Shown one piece after another: positions 1-9,101 of a stretch of DNA of 64,000 nucleotides. This DNA comes from an uncultured Pelagibacteraceae bacterium (GTDB lineage: Bacteria > Pseudomonadota > Alphaproteobacteria > Pelagibacterales > Pelagibacteraceae), in NCBI GenBank assembly GCA_902538915.1, contig CACBGZ010000001.1, positions 181,108 to 245,107 of the forward strand, given 5' to 3'. Position 1 is the stretch's first letter, and each line of letters begins with the position of its first letter. Under the pieces are notes generated by a model. That model had not been told where the DNA came from, made no database searches, and saw only the letters and a program-made list of their open reading frames with translations. A program made the position numbers and the translations under genes.

Positions 1-725
1 ACACCAGTAGCAATTAAAATTGCATCATGTTTTTTTCTTAATTGCTCTAAAGTCGCATCTTTTCCTACTTCAAAATTTTGAACAAATTTAATTCCACCAT
101 CCTCTAAGAGTTTTGTACGTCTTTCAACTACATATTTTTCTAATTTAAAATTTGGAATACCATAAATTAACAATCCTCCTGCACGATCATATCGATCATA
201 CACGGTAATTTTATAACCATTCTGTCTGAGTTGCTCAGCTGCTGCTAATCCTGCGGGACCTGCTCCTATTATGCCAACACTTTGATCTTTTTCATATTTC
301 ACATCAATTGGTTTAACCCAACCCTTTTCCCATGCGTTATCAGTTATATATTTTTCAACTGAACCTATCGTTACAGTTCCATGGCCTGATTGTTCTATTA
401 CACAATTTCCTTCACATAATCTGTCTTGTGGACAAATTCTTCCACAAACTTCAGGCATGTTGTTAGTACTTTGGGATAACTCGTAAGCTTCTTTAAGTCT
501 TCCTTCTGCTGTTAATTTTAACCAATCAGGAATATTATTACTTAGTGGACAATGCACTTGGCAAAAAGGGACTCCACATTGCGAACACCTACTTGATTGA
601 TCTTGTGCTTTCTGATTAATAAAATCTCCATAAATCTCATTAAAATCTGATTTTCTTGTATCTACATCCCTTTTAGGTGGGTTTTGTTGACCTATTTTCA
701 CAAATTTTAGCATTTTATCTGACAT
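1..725 (-). CDS. gltD: Glutamate synthase small subunit (5' part; runs off window start)
   Basis: Manual translation from ATG at 725: MSDKMLKFVKIGQQNPPKRDVDTRKSDFNEIY...SSRCSQCGVPFCQVHCP...CGRICPQDRLCEGNC...GIIGAGPAGL (Fe-S Cys motifs plus Rossmann motif). Not in the ORF track because it is truncated. Confidence 0.93.
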   Translation of the reverse strand, partial: MSDKMLKFVKIGQQNPPKRDVDTRKSDFNEIYGDFINQKAQDQSSRCSQCGVPFCQVHCPLSNNIPDWLKLTAEGRLKEAYELSQSTNNMPEVCGRICPQDRLCEGNCVIEQSGHGTVTIGSVEKYITDNAWEKGWVKPIDVKYEKDQSVGIIGAGPAGLAAAEQLRQNGYKITVYDRYDRAGGLLIYGIPNFKLEKYVVERRTKLLEDGGIKFVQNFEVGKDATLEQLRKKHDAILIATG

Positions 726-780
726 AACAATTATAAATTTAGAGCAAAATATACTTTGTTTTTCAATGTAAAAGAAATAT

Positions 781-803
781 TTAGGTCAGTATATATTACC
801 TAA
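781..803. promoter_or_regulatory. Imperfect palindrome TTAGGT-N11-ACCTAA between divergent gltD and uppP; putative operator
   Basis: TTAGGTCAGTATATATTACCTAA seen directly, about 55 nt upstream of the gltD start. Confidence 0.4.
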
Positions 804-908
804 TTTGATGAATATTGCCTTTGAATTCTAGGTTTTTGGATAAATGCATATCTAATATGAATAAATCGAATTGTTTGAAATCAATATTTTTTAGGTTACC
901 ACGCTTAA

Positions 909-1676
909 ATGTTTAACGAATTTTTAGAAATATTCATTCTTTCAGCAGTTCAAGGAATATCAGAATTCTTACCAATTAGCTCCTCAGCGCATTTAATTTT
1001 AATTTCTAGTTTTTTTGAATTAAAAACAAATTCTTTATTAATAGACATTAGTTTGCATTTAGGTTCGCTAATCGCAATAATATTTTATTTCAGAAAAGAT
1101 TTATTTGACTTAAATAATAATCAAAAATATCTAAATCTAATTCTATTTGGATCGATACCGCTTTTAATATTTGGATATATATTGCATACATCCGAACTAA
1201 TTTATCTTTTAAGAAATATAAAAATAATTGCATTTACATCTTTGTTTTTTGGAATAATTTTGTTTTTTTCAGACCAGGCTAAAACAGAAAAAAACATATC
1301 TACAAATTTAGATTTTAAATCAATAATATTTATTGGTCTATTTCAAATTTTGGCATTAATACCTGGTGTTAGTCGAGCGGGTATAACTTTGACTGCAGCA
1401 AGATTTTTAAAATTTAATAGGGTTGATGCTGGTAAAATCTCCTTTTTGTTGTCTATTCCTGCTTTAGCTGGTGCTAGTTTTCTTGGACTCAAAGACCTTA
1501 TAGGTCAGCCAATAGAAATAAATTATTTAATTATTTTTGCTATAATCTTATCCTTTTTATTTTCTTTTATAACAGTAAAATTTTTTTTAAATTTTATTAA
1601 TAAATTTTCGTTAAATATTTTTATAATTTATAGAATTTTATTATCACTTATCTTATTTGGTATTATTTATCTTTAA
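909..1676 (+). CDS. uppP: Undecaprenyl-diphosphate phosphatase
   Basis: QGISEFLPISSSAH and PGVSRAG motifs; multi-TM protein. Confidence 0.95.
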   Translation: MFNEFLEIFILSAVQGISEFLPISSSAHLILISSFFELKTNSLLIDISLHLGSLIAIIFYFRKDLFDLNNNQKYLNLILFGSIPLLIFGYILHTSELIYLLRNIKIIAFTSLFFGIILFFSDQAKTEKNISTNLDFKSIIFIGLFQILALIPGVSRAGITLTAARFLKFNRVDAGKISFLLSIPALAGASFLGLKDLIGQPIEINYLIIFAIILSFLFSFITVKFFLNFINKFSLNIFIIYRILLSLILFGIIYL

Positions 1677-2563
1677 AAAGTCCTTTTTATTAAAGGAACC
1701 AATTGAGAAAACAAAACACCTGATAATATAAATAAACATCCTAACAAATTATTTGTGTCTAATATTTGATTTAGCAAAAACCATGCTGCTACTGTAGCAA
1801 AAACACCTTCCAGAGAAAAAATTATAGCAGCGGGAGCAGGAGTAATATTTCTTTGAGCATATATCTGTAATACAAAAGCAAGTCCACCTGATAATATTCC
1901 GGCATATAAAATTGAGTCTATCTCGTTTACGATATTTTCAAAAATAAACTCCTCATAAACTGAGCCAATTAAAAAAGAAAATATAGCTACAATTAAAGTT
2001 TGAACAGCACCAATGGTTATGGGCAAATTGTATTTTGTAATAATCATTCCTGTAAAAATAATATGTGTACTCCAGAATAATGCTCCAAGAACGACCAATG
2101 TATCTCCAAGCCTAACTGTAGCATTATAAAAACTTGTTAATAGATATCCACCAATTAAGCATAGAATTACTGAAGGCCATACACTCCAATGTAATGAGTT
2201 CCTCTTAAATATAAAAAGAATAATTGGTACCATAGGGACATAAAAAATTGTAAAGAACGCGGCATTAGCTACATCTGTATAAAGTAGAGCTATTTGCTGT
2301 AATGCTGAGCCTAAAAAAAGTGATAATCCAATTAAACAAGACAGAATAACAAAATATTTATAACCAATTTTAAACTCTATTTTAAATTTTTTAGTCTCAA
2401 ATAATAATGCTACAGGAAGAATTGCTAAAAAACCTACAAAAAATCTAACTGCGTTAAATGTAAATGGACCTATGTCATCCATACCGGTGTCTTGAGCTAT
2501 AAATGTAGTTCCCCAAATGAATGTGCATAACAAAGCACTTAACAATGAAACACTCTTGGACAT
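1673..2563 (-). CDS. DMT/EamA family transporter
   Basis: About 10 TM helices, IWGTTF start, LEGVFA motif in the second repeat. Confidence 0.85.
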   Translation of the reverse strand: MSKSVSLLSALLCTFIWGTTFIAQDTGMDDIGPFTFNAVRFFVGFLAILPVALLFETKKFKIEFKIGYKYFVILSCLIGLSLFLGSALQQIALLYTDVANAAFFTIFYVPMVPIILFIFKRNSLHWSVWPSVILCLIGGYLLTSFYNATVRLGDTLVVLGALFWSTHIIFTGMIITKYNLPITIGAVQTLIVAIFSFLIGSVYEEFIFENIVNEIDSILYAGILSGGLAFVLQIYAQRNITPAPAAIIFSLEGVFATVAAWFLLNQILDTNNLLGCLFILSGVLFSQLVPLIKRTF

Positions 2564-2570
2564 TATTTAA

Positions 2571-3836
2571 TTAAACAGCTAACTTATAGGCAAAATTTTT
2601 GCCCAAATTTTCTTTTAAATTATTATTAAATCTGGCTGCCTCCGCACCGTCGATAATTCTATGATCATAGGATAAAGAAAGTGGTAACATAGTACGTGTA
2701 ACAAATTTTCCATCCATAAATACCTGTTTTTTTTCTGCTCTGCCTACTCCCAAAATAGCAACCTCAGGATAATTTATAATTGGAGTGAAGAAAGATCCAC
2801 CAATTCCTCCAAGGCTAGTTATGGTCATTGAACCTCCAAATAACTCTTTTTTATCAATTTTAAGATCTCTGCATTGCTGACTTATTTTTTTTAATTCTGT
2901 GCTTATTAAAGAAATATTCTTATTATCAGCATTCCTCAATTTTGGAACCATCAAACCATGTGGAGTATCTACTGCTATACCAACATGATAATATTTTTTA
3001 ATAGTCATTTTACCGTTTTCAATTTCATCGATTGAGGTATTAAAATTTGGAAATTTTTTCAGTGATGTTGTTAATGCTTTTACGATGAAAGCTAATGGTG
3101 TAATTTTTTTTTTTTCACCAGTATACATATCCGTTAGAGAGGTTCTGAATTCCTCTAATTCAGTTATATCGGCTTCATCATGATTAGTTACGTGAGGAAT
3201 TTTTGTCCAAGAGTTCATTAAATATTTAGATGATAACTTTTTTACTCTAGGGATGTCTTTAATTTCTACTTCTCCGAAATCTGAATGTGAATATTCTAGT
3301 TCAATCTTTTTTTCAGTTGTATTTTGATCTTTGAAATTTTTGTTAGATTTGGTTGCAACAAATAACTTCACATCACTTTCAGTAACCCTCCCTTGTCTTT
3401 CACTACCAGGAACTTTATTAATATTAACTCCTAGCTCTCTTGCAAATTTTCTTACTTTTGGTGATGCAGAAGCTTTTGCAGAAAAATCTTTGATTATTAT
3501 ATTTTTAGTTTCATTACTTTTTTTTAATTCATTCTTTTTTATTTCTTTTGATAATTGATTTTTTGGCAATTCATGGACACTTGTTTTTTTAATTTCTTTC
3601 TCAACTTCAATTTCAATAATTTTATCACCTTCCGATACTTTGTCTCCAATTTTAACTTTTAAAGAAGTTACAGTACCATCATCAGATGATGGAATTTCCA
3701 CACTAGATTTATCGCTTTCAATAGTTATTAGTGGATCATTCTTTTTAATTTTTTGACCTTTTTTAATTAAAACTTCAATGATTTCTACATCCTTAAATTC
3801 ACCAATATTTGGAACTTTTATATCTTTCTTTGACAT
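2571..3836 (-). CDS. aceF: Pyruvate dehydrogenase E2, dihydrolipoamide acetyltransferase (single lipoyl domain)
   Basis: Lipoyl ESDKS motif, ASPKVRKFARE E3-binding domain, DHRIIDG catalytic motif. Confidence 0.93.
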   Translation of the reverse strand: MSKKDIKVPNIGEFKDVEIIEVLIKKGQKIKKNDPLITIESDKSSVEIPSSDDGTVTSLKVKIGDKVSEGDKIIEIEVEKEIKKTSVHELPKNQLSKEIKKNELKKSNETKNIIIKDFSAKASASPKVRKFARELGVNINKVPGSERQGRVTESDVKLFVATKSNKNFKDQNTTEKKIELEYSHSDFGEVEIKDIPRVKKLSSKYLMNSWTKIPHVTNHDEADITELEEFRTSLTDMYTGEKKKITPLAFIVKALTTSLKKFPNFNTSIDEIENGKMTIKKYYHVGIAVDTPHGLMVPKLRNADNKNISLISTELKKISQQCRDLKIDKKELFGGSMTITSLGGIGGSFFTPIINYPEVAILGVGRAEKKQVFMDGKFVTRTMLPLSLSYDHRIIDGAEAARFNNNLKENLGKNFAYKLAV

Positions 3837-6800
3837 TATAGTTTTGTCGGCATTGGTTTATTTTTATCAATTTTATATTTCTTTATTGCCTCTTGAGCAT
3901 ATTTAGATGCAATTAATTGTTCTTTAGCTAAAACACTTAGCCCATAAGTAACAACATGCTCTTTATCAACTTCAAAAAACTTCCTTAAATTTTTTCTTGT
4001 GTCACTTCTACCAAATCCGTCTGTTCCTAGTGAATAAAAGCTCTTATTTATATAAGGTCGAATTTGGTCAGAATTCATTCTCATATAATCTGATGCAGCT
4101 AGAATAGGACCTTCAGTTTTGCCTAAACAACTTTCAACATATGTTTTTTTTGGTTCTTTTTCAGGATTCAACAAATTATACCTCTCAACCTCTAACCCAT
4201 CTCTTCTTAATTCATTGAAACTAGTCACGCTCCAAATTTCGCTATCAATTTGATATTCAGTTTGTAAAATTTCTGCACCGGCTATCATTTCTCTTAAGAT
4301 TGTACCAGATCCTAAAAATTGAATTTTGGTTTTTTTATATTTGTTAAATTCTTTTATTTTATACATTCCTTTTAATATACCTTCTTCACATGATTTGTCT
4401 GTTGGCATAGCAGGGTGAGGATAATTTTCATTCATTGTTGTAATGTAATAAAAAATATTTTCTTTATTCTCGTGCATTCTTTTCAACCCTTCTCTAAATA
4501 TAGTTGCTAGCTCATAATGAAACGTTGGATCATAGGACTTACAATTAGGAATTGTTGATGCCATTAAATGACTATGTCCATCTTGATGCTGTAAACCTTC
4601 TCCTGCTAAAGTAGTTCTTCCAGCAGTAGCACCAATTAAAAATCCTCTTGATTGACTGTCTGCTCCTGCCCAAGCAAAGTCACCTATTCTCTGAAAACCA
4701 AACATTGAATAGAATAAATAAATTGGGATCATTTCAATATCATGATTTGTGTAAGAAGTGCCTGCAGCAATCCATGAAGACATTGCACCCGCCTCATTAA
4801 TTCCTTCCTCCAAAACTTGTCCACTTTTTTCTTCTCTATATGAGCTTAATTGTGCCGAGTCCTCAGGTTCATATTTTTGTCCTTCATGAGCATAAATACC
4901 AATTTTTTGAAAAAAACCCTCCATTCCAAATGTTCTCGCTTCATCTGGAATAATTGGTACCAATCTTGGAGCAACATTTTTATCTCTTAAAAGATTTGTT
5001 AACATTCTGACTAGTGCCATAGTTGTGGACATCTCTTTATCTCCTGTTGATAGTTTCATATTTTCAAAAATATTTTTTTGAGGAGCTTTAATGGGTTTTG
5101 CATAAGTAGTTCTCTCTGGGATAAATCCTCCCAGTTGAAGTCTTCTTTCTTTTATATATTTTATTTCTGGTGAGTTTTGGTCTGGCTTATAATATTCAAT
5201 ATTTTGTACTTGTTTATCAGTTAGAGGAACATCAAACCTGTCTCTGTAATACATCAAATCGTCTATATCTAATTTTTTAGTTTGATGTGTTGTATTTACA
5301 CTTTCACCACTTTTACCCATTCCATAACCTTTTATAGTCTTGGCAATCACAACTGTTGGACTTCCAATATTTTTCGAGGCTTTATCATAAGCTGCAAAAA
5401 CTTTGTGAGGATCATGTCCACCTCTATTCAGTCTCCATATATCTTTGTCTGAAAGGCTTGAAACTAATTCATTTGTTTCGGGATATTTACCAAAAAACTT
5501 TTCTCTAACATAAGCCCCATCTCTTGCTTTCATCGCTTGATATTCACCATCAACAGTTTCATTCATAACTTTAATTAAATGACCAGTTTTATCGTTGGCC
5601 AATAGCGGATCCCAATAAGAACCCCAAATTACTTTTATAACATTCCATCCAGCTCCTCTGAAAATACCCTCTAATTCTTGTATAATTTTTCCATTTCCCC
5701 TTACTGGTCCGTCCAGTCTTTGAAGGTTGCAATTGATTACAAATATTAAATTATCTAATTTTTCTCTAGCTGCTAAACCAATTGCTCCTAAAGATTCTGG
5801 TTCATCCATTTCCCCGTCTCCTAAAAAAGCCCATACTTTTCTTCCTTCATCTTTAATGAGACCTCTATTAATTAAATATTTCATATATCTTGCTTGATAT
5901 ATTGCTAACATTGGTCCTAAACCCATTGAGACTGTGGGAAATTGCCAAAAGTTTGGCATCAACCAAGGATGTGGATAAGATGATAAACCTCCTGGATTAA
6001 CTTCTTGTCTAAAACTATCTAATTGTTTTTCATTAAGCCTTCCTTCAAGAAACGCTCTTGCGTACATACCTGGCGCGCTATGTCCTTGAAAGTAAATTAA
6101 ATCGCCACCAAATTTATCATTTTTTGCTCTCCAAAAATGATTCATACCTACATCATAAAGTGTAGCTGCAGATGCGAATGTTCCTATATGTCCTCCAAGC
6201 TCAGGAAATTTTTTGTTCGCTCGAACAACCATTGCTGCAGAATTCCATCTTATTAATGACCTAATTCTTCTCTCAATATTTTGGTCACCATTTGATTTTT
6301 TCTCTTCATTAACTGGAATTGTATTTATATAAGGTGTATTTTGTGTATAAGGAATATTTGCGCCTTCCATATAAGCTTTATTTATCAACTCCTTAATTAG
6401 ATAATGAGCTCTCTGATTGCCATCTTTTTCAATTACTGCAGTAAGTGACTCCAACCATTCATTGGTTTCTAGTGGATCAATATCACCATCATTAACCACT
6501 TGGATTATTTCTGGTTTTTTTCTATCACTATTATTTGTATGAATAGTTTGCTCTTGTTTTTTTTCTAATGATTTCTCTGCCTCTTTAATCAAATTTTCAG
6601 TGTCTTTTGGAATAATTTTTGATGAAGAATGATTTTCACTTGACCCTAAAACACTAAGAATTAAATCACCTTTTGAAACTTTATCACCTACTTTAACTTT
6701 AATTTTCTCAATTATACCTGACAATGTCGAAGGTATTTCTACACTCGATTTATCACTTTCTATGGTAACTACCGGATCATTCTTAGTAATTTCTTCGCCT

Positions 6801-6874
6801 TCTTTGACAAGTAACTCAATGACTTCTACATTTTCGAAGTCGCCTATATCAGGAACAAGTAGTTTTTCACTCAT
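3836..6874 (-). CDS. aceE: Pyruvate dehydrogenase E1 (homodimeric AceE type) with N-terminal lipoyl domain
   Basis: DIDPLETNEWLESL, GDGEMDEPES TPP motif, GEGLQHQDG; N-terminal VPDIGDF...ESDKS lipoyl domain. Confidence 0.95.
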   Translation of the reverse strand: MSEKLLVPDIGDFENVEVIELLVKEGEEITKNDPVVTIESDKSSVEIPSTLSGIIEKIKVKVGDKVSKGDLILSVLGSSENHSSSKIIPKDTENLIKEAEKSLEKKQEQTIHTNNSDRKKPEIIQVVNDGDIDPLETNEWLESLTAVIEKDGNQRAHYLIKELINKAYMEGANIPYTQNTPYINTIPVNEEKKSNGDQNIERRIRSLIRWNSAAMVVRANKKFPELGGHIGTFASAATLYDVGMNHFWRAKNDKFGGDLIYFQGHSAPGMYARAFLEGRLNEKQLDSFRQEVNPGGLSSYPHPWLMPNFWQFPTVSMGLGPMLAIYQARYMKYLINRGLIKDEGRKVWAFLGDGEMDEPESLGAIGLAAREKLDNLIFVINCNLQRLDGPVRGNGKIIQELEGIFRGAGWNVIKVIWGSYWDPLLANDKTGHLIKVMNETVDGEYQAMKARDGAYVREKFFGKYPETNELVSSLSDKDIWRLNRGGHDPHKVFAAYDKASKNIGSPTVVIAKTIKGYGMGKSGESVNTTHQTKKLDIDDLMYYRDRFDVPLTDKQVQNIEYYKPDQNSPEIKYIKERRLQLGGFIPERTTYAKPIKAPQKNIFENMKLSTGDKEMSTTMALVRMLTNLLRDKNVAPRLVPIIPDEARTFGMEGFFQKIGIYAHEGQKYEPEDSAQLSSYREEKSGQVLEEGINEAGAMSSWIAAGTSYTNHDIEMIPIYLFYSMFGFQRIGDFAWAGADSQSRGFLIGATAGRTTLAGEGLQHQDGHSHLMASTIPNCKSYDPTFHYELATIFREGLKRMHENKENIFYYITTMNENYPHPAMPTDKSCEEGILKGMYKIKEFNKYKKTKIQFLGSGTILREMIAGAEILQTEYQIDSEIWSVTSFNELRRDGLEVERYNLLNPEKEPKKTYVESCLGKTEGPILAASDYMRMNSDQIRPYINKSFYSLGTDGFGRSDTRKNLRKFFEVDKEHVVTYGLSVLAKEQLIASKYAQEAIKKYKIDKNKPMPTKL

Positions 6875-6973
6875 TTAATACTAATATCTTATACACTATA
6901 AAATTTTACTTAATTGCTAATTTTAACACATTCTGTTCAATTTTTTGACACTCTTCTGATGTAACACTCAAAA

Positions 6974-7090
6974 ATGATTAAAAAGTTCTTAAATACACTT
7001 TTACAACCAAAAGAAGGTGCTTATATAGACGCTAAAATTTGGGTACAAAAAATTTTGCTTGAAGAGAAATTTAGAAAAATTAATAATTAA
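6974..7090 (+). CDS. Candidate 38-aa small protein MIKKFLNTLLQPKEGAYIDAKIWVQKILLEEKFRKINN
   Basis: Manual translation; fills the aceE-thiolase gap, and its TAA shares a TTAA with the convergent thiolase stop. Confidence 0.45.
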   Translation: MIKKFLNTLLQPKEGAYIDAKIWVQKILLEEKFRKINN

Positions 7091-8262
7091 ATTCTCTCAA
7101 TACACAATGCTATACCCATTCCACCACCGATGCAAAGAGTAGCACAACCTTTATTCTTTTTCTGTTTTATCATCTCATGAATAAGTGTGACTAAAATTCT
7201 TGCACCTGAAGCTCCTATTGGATGACCTAATGCTATAGCTCCTCCATTAACATTAACTTTATTCTCATCAAGATTTAATTCACGTATTACTGCAATGCTT
7301 TGAGCGGCAAAAGCTTCATTAATTTCAAAAAGATCTATGTCCTTTAAATTCCATTTTGCCTTCTTAACTGCTTTACGCACAGCATCAATCGGTCCAAGAC
7401 CCATAAGAGTTGGATCAACTCCAACTGAGGCCCATGAAATTATCTTTACTAACGGTTGAATTGATTTTTTTTTAGCTTCTTCTAAAGTAGTCAATAATAA
7501 AGCGGCTGCACCATCGTTAATTCCTGATGAATTTCCAGGTGTCACAGTTCCATCTTTTAGGAATACCGCTTTCAATTTTTCTAAATCTGATTTAGTTATC
7601 TCTTTTCTTGGATGCTCATCTTTATCAAAATTGATACCATGTTGGTTTATTTTAATTAGTTCTTCATTAAATCTATTAGTATCGATTGCAGCTTCTGTTT
7701 TTTTTTGAGAATTTAAAGCAAAATCATCTTGATCGGCTCTTGAAATATTAAATTTCTTAGCAACATTTTCAGCGGTTACACCCATATGATAATTATTAAA
7801 TGCGTCTATCAATCCATCATTTATCATTGTATCTATCAAATGTTTCTCTGAAATTTTTTTATTATCACGAAAAAAAATTGAATGCGGAGCTAACGACATG
7901 TTTTCTTGACCGCCCGAAATAACATTTTTTACCTCTCCTAATTTAATTGATTGATATCCTGAGATTACTGCTCTTAGTCCAGAGCCACAAACTTGATTTA
8001 CTATGTGGGCTGGTTTAGAAAAGCTTATACCTGCATTTATTGCAGCTTGTCTTGCAGGATTTTGACCACCACCAGCTGTAAGTACTTGGCCCATAATTAT
8101 CTCATCAATGTCATCTTTGTCTAATTTACTTTTTCTTAGAATTTCCTTAATAACAATTGATCCCAACTTATCAGCACTCAATTCTTTTAGAGATCCTTTA
8201 TAAGCTCCAATTGGTGTTCTAATAGCTTCTATAATTACAACATCATTCAATGAATTATTCAT
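7087..8262 (-). CDS. Acetyl-CoA C-acetyltransferase (thiolase, AtoB/PhaA family)
   Basis: NQVCGSG, NEAFA, GHPIGASG and LCIGGG thiolase motifs. Confidence 0.93.
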   Translation of the reverse strand: MNNSLNDVVIIEAIRTPIGAYKGSLKELSADKLGSIVIKEILRKSKLDKDDIDEIIMGQVLTAGGGQNPARQAAINAGISFSKPAHIVNQVCGSGLRAVISGYQSIKLGEVKNVISGGQENMSLAPHSIFFRDNKKISEKHLIDTMINDGLIDAFNNYHMGVTAENVAKKFNISRADQDDFALNSQKKTEAAIDTNRFNEELIKINQHGINFDKDEHPRKEITKSDLEKLKAVFLKDGTVTPGNSSGINDGAAALLLTTLEEAKKKSIQPLVKIISWASVGVDPTLMGLGPIDAVRKAVKKAKWNLKDIDLFEINEAFAAQSIAVIRELNLDENKVNVNGGAIALGHPIGASGARILVTLIHEMIKQKKNKGCATLCIGGGMGIALCIERI

Positions 8263-8334
8263 AATAATTTAAATTTGTCTTAGCATTAAAATACACTAAA
8301 AAATGATATAGAATAATAAATAAAATTTAAAAAT

Positions 8335-8411
8335 GCGCCTGTAGCTCAATTGGATAGAGCGCTTGGCTACGGACCAGGAGGTTCTGGGTTCGACTCCTAG
8401 CAGGCGCACCA
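8335..8411 (+). tRNA. tRNA-Arg(ACG)
   Basis: Acceptor stem GCGCCTG/CAGGCGC, anticodon loop CTACGGA, GTTCGACTC T-loop, encoded CCA. Confidence 0.96.
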
Positions 8412-8534
8412 TAAAGATAATGAATATGTTAAATTGGTTGTTGAAAACATCTCTTCAAAAATCTGTGATATATTTTTTTATTATTATCTTAATAATTCTA
8501 TTAATTTTAACTTTTGTATTATAGAAAGAAAATT

Positions 8535-8936
8535 ATGTCTAAAGATTTCCAGCAAATTAGCATTCAACAAGGATTTATGAAACATAACGGTGGAGTCTTG
8601 TTTAGAAATATTTCCGAAACTGAATATGAATTTAAATCAACAATTAACCAAAATCATTTAAATGCAGCAGGTATTACTCATGGCGGGTATTTGTCAGCTT
8701 TAGTAGATGCTGGTGCAGGAACAGCGGCACATAGATCTGCAGAAAATGCACCTTGCGTCACAATATCTTTAGATTTGAAATTTATTGGGCCATCAAAAAC
8801 TGGAGATGAAATAATAGGTAATGTCAAAATTCTTAAGAAGACAAAAACATTGGTTTTTTTATTTTGTGAACTAAAATGTAATGATAAAATTATCACTTCT
8901 GCTACTGGAGTTTGGAAAATTCTTAAGAAATCTTAA
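8535..8936 (+). CDS. PaaI family thioesterase (hotdog fold)
   Basis: NAAGITHGGYLSALVD motif; ATG at 8535 preferred over TTG at 8514. Confidence 0.88.
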   Translation: MSKDFQQISIQQGFMKHNGGVLFRNISETEYEFKSTINQNHLNAAGITHGGYLSALVDAGAGTAAHRSAENAPCVTISLDLKFIGPSKTGDEIIGNVKILKKTKTLVFLFCELKCNDKIITSATGVWKILKKS

Positions 8937-9101
8937 AGAAATTTTTAATTATCGATAAGAACTAAGTATGCTAGAATAAATAAAGTTATTAGTTAAAATG
9001 AGAACTTTTTATACTCCGATTCGGTCATGTTTTAGTCTATCTTTGTTCTTTGGCAACAACTACATCTGGTAGATAAAAATTTTGACATACTAAAAATAGG
9101 A

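Noticed and set aside
8335-8411. tRNA-Arg (and tRNA-Leu at 15182-15266) as island integration sites
   Set aside because: No duplicated tRNA 3' ends noticed, no integrase, and flanking genes are housekeeping.
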